Of a DNA stretch of 64,000 bases, positions 57,442 through 64,000 are shown piece after piece. Under the pieces are notes generated by a model. That model searched no databases. It was not told where the DNA came from and was given only the letters and a program-made list of their open reading frames with translations. How positions within the stretch are numbered: position 1 is the stretch's first letter; each line of letters starts with the position of its first letter. A program made the position numbers and the translations under genes. This stretch comes from a virus (lineage: Duplodnaviria > Caudoviricetes), in the IMG/VR virus record IMGVR_UViG_3300027971_004105, one strand, 5' to 3'.

Positions 57442-57774
57442 TTAAATGTTTCCTTTGTTTTTTATCAGTGTTTGATATTCTGTGTGATATTGATTGAGAT
57501 TGGTTTGATATGTGTGCCAAGCATTGTCATTGAATTCTGTTAGATCACTTATCAACACTGGTGTTTGATAATCATCCAACAACACCACATCTTTGGTTCT
57601 GTGTAGGTCTATGTATGACTTGCACAAACTCAACAAATCACCTTGGATTGTGAACTGATGTCCTTGATAAAACAAAATATTGCTGTCAACAAATTTGTCT
57701 TTTAATAACTGCAGCTGATTATTAAAATTTTCCATTTGATTGGCTGTGCTGATTCTATCTTCCATGTTTAGCAT
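57442..57774 (-). CDS. hypothetical protein
   Basis: AGGAG SD; first gene of the minus-strand operon. Confidence 0.65.
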   Translation of the reverse strand: MLNMEDRISTANQMENFNNQLQLLKDKFVDSNILFYQGHQFTIQGDLLSLCKSYIDLHRTKDVVLLDDYQTPVLISDLTEFNDNAWHTYQTNLNQYHTEYQTLIKNKGNI

Positions 57775-57797
57775 AATTTATGATTCTCCTAGTTAAA

Positions 57798-57826
57798 ATT
57801 ATATAAGATTTTCAGCCAAAAGTCAA
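57798..57826 (-). promoter_or_regulatory. sigma70-type promoter of the GT/radical SAM operon
   Basis: Minus strand TTGACT-17 bp-TATAAT. Confidence 0.78.
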
Positions 57827-57875
57827 CTGCTGTTGATATTTAGATTGATTAGATTTTGGTGATTGGTGAAATGGT

Positions 57876-58775
57876 TTAGGCAGTCACAGTGCCGCTCATG
57901 GCACCAAAAGTAGGTTCTGCGATGGTGATAGGATCGCTCAATGCTCCGTTGGCTATGCGTCTGTTCACATTGATGTTGAGATTGCCATCTACATCTTCGT
58001 CTATGTTGCCTGCAGCAGCATCATTTAGGGTGATCTGGAATTCTATTGCTAGATTGGAAACGTCAGTGAATCGCACTTGAATATTAAAATTGTTGGAACT
58101 GTATGTGCCTGCAGCACTGGTGGTATACACAGTTTGGAATGTGGTGGTCAGTGTGGTGTAGGCCACAGATGAAGACAGTGTGCCGCCTGATCCTGATCTG
58201 CTGGAAGCAACATTGGCAAAAGTCAGTGTGCCCATGTTAGTGCCAAATAAGGAATTCCAATCGTTCACTTTGGATGTGACGCTGACAGAAATGTTCATGT
58301 CAATCTGCACAGCTCCACCTGTGTTGAAAAAATGTCTGGCAGCAGTGGCAGTGGCAAATGTCACTGTGAAATTGCCCACGCGAGTGGCATTCCAAGAGGC
58401 GGTTCGCACATAACTGGAAGCTGTGTTGCCTGTGGTCAATCTGCTGGCGCTGATGGTGTTTCTATTGGTGTTGATGTTGGTGGCCAATGTTTCAAAAGTT
58501 GCATATGAATTGTTTAGTGTGTTATCAGTCACTGTGTCTGCAGTGCTCACTGTTGTGAGTGTGGGATATGAATTGTTCTGATGCAGATAGGCTTTGCGAA
58601 TGTCCAATCTCAAAGTGTTCATGTGATCATCTTCAATCAATTGATTTTGTGCCACTTGCGAACTCTGCAATGTTTGCCCATAGCCTGAATCACCTGATCC
58701 TGTGCTCAGTACATTGGACACTGTGGATTGAATCACATTGTATCTTGCTGCTGTAATTGGATCGCCTATTGCCAT
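57876..58775 (-). CDS. virion structural protein (baseplate/tail-associated)
   Basis: Ser/Thr/Gly-rich, ARHFFNTGG motif; late TAAATA 58784-58789. Confidence 0.65.
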   Translation of the reverse strand: MAIGDPITAARYNVIQSTVSNVLSTGSGDSGYGQTLQSSQVAQNQLIEDDHMNTLRLDIRKAYLHQNNSYPTLTTVSTADTVTDNTLNNSYATFETLATNINTNRNTISASRLTTGNTASSYVRTASWNATRVGNFTVTFATATAARHFFNTGGAVQIDMNISVSVTSKVNDWNSLFGTNMGTLTFANVASSRSGSGGTLSSSVAYTTLTTTFQTVYTTSAAGTYSSNNFNIQVRFTDVSNLAIEFQITLNDAAAGNIDEDVDGNLNINVNRRIANGALSDPITIAEPTFGAMSGTVTA

Positions 58776-58835
58776 ATTAAAAGTATTTAGTTGGGTAATG
58801 TTGTCCCAGGATTATTTTAGATTGCATAATGGATA

Positions 58836-60272
58836 TTATTTTATGAAACACTCAACCAAAGTGTTGGTTGTTCTTGCGTCTGCTTCCAAAGCCACAGCAA
58901 AATAATCACCTTCTGTGACCACAGCACCAATACCTGCTGTGCTGCTGGTACCAATTTTGTCGCCTTTGGCCACTGCACCTTTGACCAAAACAGGCACTCT
59001 GCCTTTGATAGCCACTGCTGTGCCGCTCTGTAATTCTGCGTTCATTAAAAATGCTGGAGCACCGCTGACCACACCTGCCACAATGGAATTTATGGTGGCT
59101 GCTGTGATTTCTTTTGCGCCGCCGATAGCCATCACTGTGCCTACGGGATATTCAGCATCTGCCAAATATTTTTCTGCCAAATCCGCATATCTTGCTGATG
59201 TGGCCACACCATTGAAAATGTTTGCTGCTAAATTGCCGCTGGCATCTCTCAGTGCTACTGAATTGGTCATTGCAGTTGTGCTGCCTGGATAATTGGTCAC
59301 ACCTGATCTTACATTGTTGGAAGTTTCTGCTATGCCATAAATGTTATCCGCATAAATGTTGGCAAATCTGTTGGCATTGGTTCCTATGTCATAGGTACTG
59401 TCTATTCTAGGTTCAAAACCTGTAGCCGTCACGCTCACTGTGTGAGTATTGCTGGCTCCCATTTTAATAACAGAACCCACTTCATTGATTATTCTTCCTT
59501 CATTGCCGTTGATTATGCTCACTCTTAAATCATTGCCTGCGCCCACTGTGAATCCAGTGTCATCAAAATTGGTATTACCACCCACTTGTAAAAAGTTGGC
59601 AGCAGGAATTCCACCTAGCTTTAATGAGTTGGCAGCCGTGCCCCAGAATCTATGATCGGATGATGTCACACCACCAGTGGCATTCAGTGTGTTCACCATG
59701 GTGATACCTTTTTTTACTCTATCAAATCCTGTGATTAAATTTAATGGATCCACTGTGCCTATGGTAAATTCTTCATTGCTCACAATAAAAATTACTTCAT
59801 CATCCACCACTGCTTCAATGATGGTCTGATTCACGTTGAAACTGTCTTTGACTATTTTGCTGCGTAATTGAGTTACTGTGTTGCCCACACCTTGTGGTCC
59901 AACCAATACAAATCCTGTGCCGTTGTAGGCGTACAATTGATCATTGCCAGTGTCCCACCAAAAATCACCTGTGGTCAAACCAGCAGGTTGAGTGGTGCCT
60001 ATCTCTGCACCTCCAGTGGTTCTGAATTTTACACCGTCATAAAATTTTAATTTGTTGGCAGCTGAATCGAACCATATCTGCCCGCTTAAAGGTCTAGAAG
60101 GAGCATTGGCACTGGCAAAGTTTTCCAGCAAATGCACAAAGTTTTCGTTTTGAATTTCTCCGTAGCCAGCATAGTTTTTACCCACTAATTTTAAATTTGT
60201 GGTCTGGTCTACTGTGCCGTCTTCCACTGTGGCTAGTGTGGTTCCTGCGTATCTGTCTATTTGATATGGCAT
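58836..60272 (-). CDS. tail fibre/baseplate protein with C-terminal YADLAE (peptidase G2/IMC-like) domain
   Basis: LVGKNYAGYGE..NENF..LLENFA N-domain; ARYADLAEKY...VAIKGRVPV. Confidence 0.7.
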   Translation of the reverse strand: MPYQIDRYAGTTLATVEDGTVDQTTNLKLVGKNYAGYGEIQNENFVHLLENFASANAPSRPLSGQIWFDSAANKLKFYDGVKFRTTGGAEIGTTQPAGLTTGDFWWDTGNDQLYAYNGTGFVLVGPQGVGNTVTQLRSKIVKDSFNVNQTIIEAVVDDEVIFIVSNEEFTIGTVDPLNLITGFDRVKKGITMVNTLNATGGVTSSDHRFWGTAANSLKLGGIPAANFLQVGGNTNFDDTGFTVGAGNDLRVSIINGNEGRIINEVGSVIKMGASNTHTVSVTATGFEPRIDSTYDIGTNANRFANIYADNIYGIAETSNNVRSGVTNYPGSTTAMTNSVALRDASGNLAANIFNGVATSARYADLAEKYLADAEYPVGTVMAIGGAKEITAATINSIVAGVVSGAPAFLMNAELQSGTAVAIKGRVPVLVKGAVAKGDKIGTSSTAGIGAVVTEGDYFAVALEADARTTNTLVECFIK

Positions 60273-60293
60273 ATTTTTTTCCTCTTACAAGTT

Positions 60294-60299
60294 TATTTA
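60294..60299 (-). promoter_or_regulatory. T4-like late promoter core TAAATA
   Basis: Intergenic, upstream of 60272, with GAGG SD. Confidence 0.55.
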
Positions 60300-60301
60300 T
60301 C

Positions 60302-62530
60302 TTAAACGGTTGATGTTAAATTGCTGTGGAAAGTCCAAGCTCCACCTGAAACTATGAATTGTTTTAATGCTCTGCTAACAGTGGTGCTAACTGCTCCTGT
60401 AACAGGGCCAAAAGCCACATCTTGCAGCACAGTTTTGTTGGAATTACCTACTGCTGGTGTTCTGGTCACTGCAGCACTGCTGGATGTGTACAATGCACCT
60501 GATACTGCATCAATAGTAGGAATAGTGGCTGAAATGTTGATGTCAAATTGTGTGCTGGGAATGGCGTTTTCAATCACTTTGGCCACAGTGTAAGTGCCAT
60601 CAAATCCTGTGGGAGCAAATACTCCTGTGCCTGAACTTCCAGTGATGGTCACTGTGTTGCCCACTTCATAAAAATGTCCTGATGGTGTGGTGATACGTAT
60701 ATGGCCTGGATCCAACAGAGCAGCACCACTGAGATATGTTTGAATGGTCTGCACTGTGTTGGGAGCAGCACTCAATGTTTGATCCACTGCTGTGAAAGAT
60801 TCATCCAGAGCTGATTCAATGTTGGCTCCTGGAATATTCACTGTTAAAGATCCAAATTCCACTGTGTGTACTCTGGCTATTCTGCCTGCAGCACTGGCTG
60901 GTATGCCCAATCCTGCTCCAGCATATCCTGCAGGTGGATACAAGTCTGATAATAATCTTATAATACTGCCATTCACTCCACCTGACAATACGGAAAATCC
61001 TGTGATGTCTGCCACTAGACTGATAGGCAAGTAACCATCCACATAATCTTTTCTCACTGCATCTGTGGCAGCTGTAGGTGTTCCTAATCCAGTGATTCTA
61101 GCAGAACCTTGAATAGAAATTATATTTGTGGCTGCTTGTAATTGTAAATTTTGTCCACTTTGGCTGCTCAGAGTGATACCTTGCAATCTTAAATTGTCCA
61201 CATTCAAAGGTCCTGTTAAAGTACCCAGCGATGTCAATCCTGGAGCACTGGCAATGGTTGATCCCAATGCAGTGGCTGACAGCACTGTGACGCCATTTAT
61301 TTTGTATTCTTTGCCTGTGGCTAAATTTACGTGTTCTGAACTGCTCCAAGCAGTGGTACCTGATTGCCATAATAGTGTTTTATCAGTCACTGATGATTTT
61401 AATACAATACCCCCACCTGACACATATGAGTCATTGCCCAAAGGTGTTCCAGTGATAGTGGCCAGTTCAATGGTTTTATCTTCCACTCTAAGATCTTCCA
61501 CAATGGCTGACGTGCCTGTGCCTTCAATGTTTAAATTGCCTTGAATTCTCACATCACCTGCAATGTCCAAAGTTCTTGTGGGTGTGGTATTGAATATTCC
61601 CACTCTGCCAGTGCTGGTGGTCAAAGATGTGGTGTATGTGGTGGCATCTATGTACACAGCTGATACCTCTGCTGGATTTGACACATTGATTGATATGTCT
61701 GATTCACTCACATTATTTTTAATAATGCTAGCATTGGGCAAACTCACACTGCCATATTTCAAAGTTAGATTGTCGTTCAATCCTATGGTGAGTCCGCCGT
61801 TGTTTTGAATTTTTAAAGTGCCAGTGGTGATGTCATTGGCATCAGATCTCAGCAATGAATCAGCCATTATGGTATTGCCCAGACCATCTATCAATGATTC
61901 TGCTTTGAGAGCAATGCCTCTGTATTTGTATGCTGTGTTGGTTAAATTAAATCCTTGATAAATTATTCCTGTGGGATTACTGCCTGACACCAATTCTGAA
62001 ATCAATTGACTGATTACTGGAGTAAATTCTACCGCACTCCATACTCCTATCAATGTGTTGCCCACAAAAAATTTCAGTATGGTTCTGGTTTGATTTTGTG
62101 TGTCCAATTTAGATTCTGTAACAAATCCACTCACACCTTGGCTTTCTGTGAAGATAGGACCAACTAAAACCAAGTCTGAACCATCAAAAAATTTCATCTG
62201 GTTGTTCAAACTGTCTATCCATATATCTCCAGCAGCTAGATTGGGCTGTGTGGAACTCACTATGATACCATTGGTGCTGAATTCTGTGCCATTGTAGACT
62301 TTCAATCTATTTTCTGATGTGTCATACCACAACTGTCCACGCAAAGGATTTGCAGGAGCAGAAGAACTGGCAAAATTTTCCAGCATCTTCACAAAGTTTT
62401 CGTTGATCAGTTCTCCAAATCCTTTGTAGTTTCTTCCTATCAGTGTGATGTCCGACGATTCTGTGTTGATTGTACCGTCAATCAAATCCACCAATAAAGT
62501 GCCATCTGTTTTGTTAATTTTATAACTCAT
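60302..62530 (-). CDS. long tail fibre/baseplate protein
   Basis: LIGRNYKGFGELINENF..MLENFA N-domain paralogous to 58836-60272; DAVRKDYVD motif. Confidence 0.7.
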   Translation of the reverse strand: MSYKINKTDGTLLVDLIDGTINTESSDITLIGRNYKGFGELINENFVKMLENFASSSAPANPLRGQLWYDTSENRLKVYNGTEFSTNGIIVSSTQPNLAAGDIWIDSLNNQMKFFDGSDLVLVGPIFTESQGVSGFVTESKLDTQNQTRTILKFFVGNTLIGVWSAVEFTPVISQLISELVSGSNPTGIIYQGFNLTNTAYKYRGIALKAESLIDGLGNTIMADSLLRSDANDITTGTLKIQNNGGLTIGLNDNLTLKYGSVSLPNASIIKNNVSESDISINVSNPAEVSAVYIDATTYTTSLTTSTGRVGIFNTTPTRTLDIAGDVRIQGNLNIEGTGTSAIVEDLRVEDKTIELATITGTPLGNDSYVSGGGIVLKSSVTDKTLLWQSGTTAWSSSEHVNLATGKEYKINGVTVLSATALGSTIASAPGLTSLGTLTGPLNVDNLRLQGITLSSQSGQNLQLQAATNIISIQGSARITGLGTPTAATDAVRKDYVDGYLPISLVADITGFSVLSGGVNGSIIRLLSDLYPPAGYAGAGLGIPASAAGRIARVHTVEFGSLTVNIPGANIESALDESFTAVDQTLSAAPNTVQTIQTYLSGAALLDPGHIRITTPSGHFYEVGNTVTITGSSGTGVFAPTGFDGTYTVAKVIENAIPSTQFDINISATIPTIDAVSGALYTSSSAAVTRTPAVGNSNKTVLQDVAFGPVTGAVSTTVSRALKQFIVSGGAWTFHSNLTSTV

Positions 62531-64000
62531 TAGTTGCTCTGTCCTGTGTAGATAATATAGTTCACTGTGGTGAATGGGTTCATAACATCCTGAGCATTGC
62601 CCAAAGATCCTGACAAAACACCTCCGCTGCTGGGCAGTGCAGATCCTTGACCTGATCCTGTGGGAGCGTCATACGTGATTGCTGTGGTTTCTCCTGCGCC
62701 TATGCCCGGCACATCTCTAACAGCATAGTATTGAGCACCTGCTGCTCCTTGTAAATCGTGTTCGTGATCAGGCAAGTTGGTCACTGGAATCACTTTGCTT
62801 TCATCACCACCAAATCCGCCCACACTGTCTGCTGCTGTGGCAGTGACTCTGTTGGCACTGGTTCCGCCCATGTTGTCTTTGCCCAGAGGCATACGGCCTC
62901 GTAAATCTGGAGTTCGAAAATATCCTGCTGTAGCTACGCCAAACGACGAACCTATCACTGCGTATAATTCTGGATAAGTGCCTATCACATATTCTGTGCC
63001 ATCACACAACAACCAATGTGTGGGTGCTGAGGATCCACCAAACGGTGTGATCATACCTGTGGGTATTTTAGCAATGGCATCAAATAGATTGTCTCTACTG
63101 ATTTTAAAAACGCCTGTGGTACCACTGACTCTGTTTAAAATAAATTCATCGCTGTTTTGACTGGTGCCTGTGGCAGTTTTGCTGGCTATAAATCCATTAC
63201 TGATGCTGGTAGCAAAAGTTTTTACTGTGCCTCCAGTTTGTCCATCAAAAGTAAAACTTGGAGCACTCACATCTCCTGACATTTGAAAAGTGGTCTGACT
63301 GGTAAGTTTATTACTGGTTCCAGCTGCTCCACTCACTGTACCGCTCACGTTACCTACTAGGTTGCCCACAAATGAATTGGCATAAACGTTTAAAAATCTG
63401 TTTGTCACAGTGCCTATGTCATAGGTATTATTGTTCACTGTTATAATATTTCTCACTGTGATATCATCTTCAAAAGTTGCAGTATCACCCACACGCAATT
63501 GTTTGGCAATGCCCACTCCACCTTTTACAATCAACGCTCCTGTGCCCACGCTGACACTGTCTGTCACGGCATCCACATACAATTCGCCACTGGCTTTGAT
63601 ATTGCCTGTGACATCCAATGCTTCACTGGGTGCTAAATTATTGATACCCACGTTGGTGTTGGAATCCAATCTCAATACTGTTTTGGTTGTGCCAGCATCA
63701 TTCACTCTAAAATCAATGTTGGCTCCTGAAGTTCTATGACTGAATACTGCTGCTTGACTTTCCACTCCCAGATTGAATATGGCAGTGTTACCCACATCCA
63801 AACCTGCATTGTTGTTAATTTTCAATGAAAAATCAGCAATGTTGGCTTTGTCTTTTCTTAAAAAATTCGATCCTGCTACCACTTCACTGTTGGCTGCTAT
63901 CAAAGATTCTGCTTTTTGTGATGTGCCATAAAATTTTCCCACTCCTGATCCTTCAATGTCAGCCGAACTGAGATTGAATCCTGGCAGTATGCTGCTGAAT
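62530..64000 (-). CDS. tail fibre protein with tail-collar domain (5'-partial)
   Basis: PTGMITPFGGSSAPTHWLLCDG...PDLRGR collar motif; frame stays open to the window end. Confidence 0.85.
   Translation of the reverse strand, partial: FSSILPGFNLSSADIEGSGVGKFYGTSQKAESLIAANSEVVAGSNFLRKDKANIADFSLKINNNAGLDVGNTAIFNLGVESQAAVFSHRTSGANIDFRVNDAGTTKTVLRLDSNTNVGINNLAPSEALDVTGNIKASGELYVDAVTDSVSVGTGALIVKGGVGIAKQLRVGDTATFEDDITVRNIITVNNNTYDIGTVTNRFLNVYANSFVGNLVGNVSGTVSGAAGTSNKLTSQTTFQMSGDVSAPSFTFDGQTGGTVKTFATSISNGFIASKTATGTSQNSDEFILNRVSGTTGVFKISRDNLFDAIAKIPTGMITPFGGSSAPTHWLLCDGTEYVIGTYPELYAVIGSSFGVATAGYFRTPDLRGRMPLGKDNMGGTSANRVTATAADSVGGFGGDESKVIPVTNLPDHEHDLQGAAGAQYYAVRDVPGIGAGETTAITYDAPTGSGQGSALPSSGGVLSGSLGNAQDVMNPFTTVNYIIYTGQSN

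Noticed and set aside
57841-57869. Short repeats TAGATT x2 and TTGGTGA x2 upstream of the minus-strand promoter
   Set aside because: Too short and low in complexity to separate from chance without conservation data.
1-64000. tRNA, rRNA, tmRNA or CRISPR array
   Set aside because: No T-loop/cloverleaf pattern or regularly spaced repeats seen; intergenic gaps are mostly too short. A tRNAscan or Infernal run would be definitive.
1-64000. Stop-codon reassignment as in some large phages
   Set aside because: Code 11 gives full-length genes with dense packing; TAG and TGA end genes at normal junctions (for example TAG 5105 then ATG 5106, and many ATGA overlaps).

Overview
A 64-kb internal segment of a large, AT-rich, T4-related tailed phage genome (family-B DNA polymerase, probable sliding clamp, T4 RNase H-type 5' nuclease, T4-like TAAATA late promoters, tail-fibre genes). 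No tRNA, rRNA, CRISPR array or mobile element was recognised. Layout: (1) 1-6.5 kb, end of a ClpA-type ATPase and a late array of small proteins sharing an MK(I/L)xE(I/V)..E N-terminus resembling T4 capsid-targeting sequences, two of them enzymes; (2) 7-14 kb, sigma70-driven replication and nucleotide genes (guaC, polB with a twin-hairpin leader, exonuclease, epimerase, clamp); (3) 14-24 kb, an atypical 7-deazaguanine cluster (TGT/DpdA-like, QueD-like with LxxxHRHxF, FolE, QueE) interleaved with two oxidoreductases, a GT-B glycosyltransferase, a PRTase and a HIT hydrolase; (4) 24-31 kb, RNase H, hypotheticals and a MoxR ATPase/VWA pair; (5) 32.5-57.8 kb, a roughly 25-kb biosynthetic cassette between tail-fibre-like genes, with 8 radical SAM enzymes, about 7 cupin/2OG-Fe(II)-like proteins, an aminotransferase, an amidinotransferase, 2 kinase-like proteins, a GNAT, a methyltransferase, a QueC-like enzyme and 4 glycosyltransferase-like genes (one frameshifted by an 8-bp duplication); (6) 57.9-64 kb, minus-strand virion/tail-fibre genes. 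All product calls come from motif recognition by eye; no database search was run.
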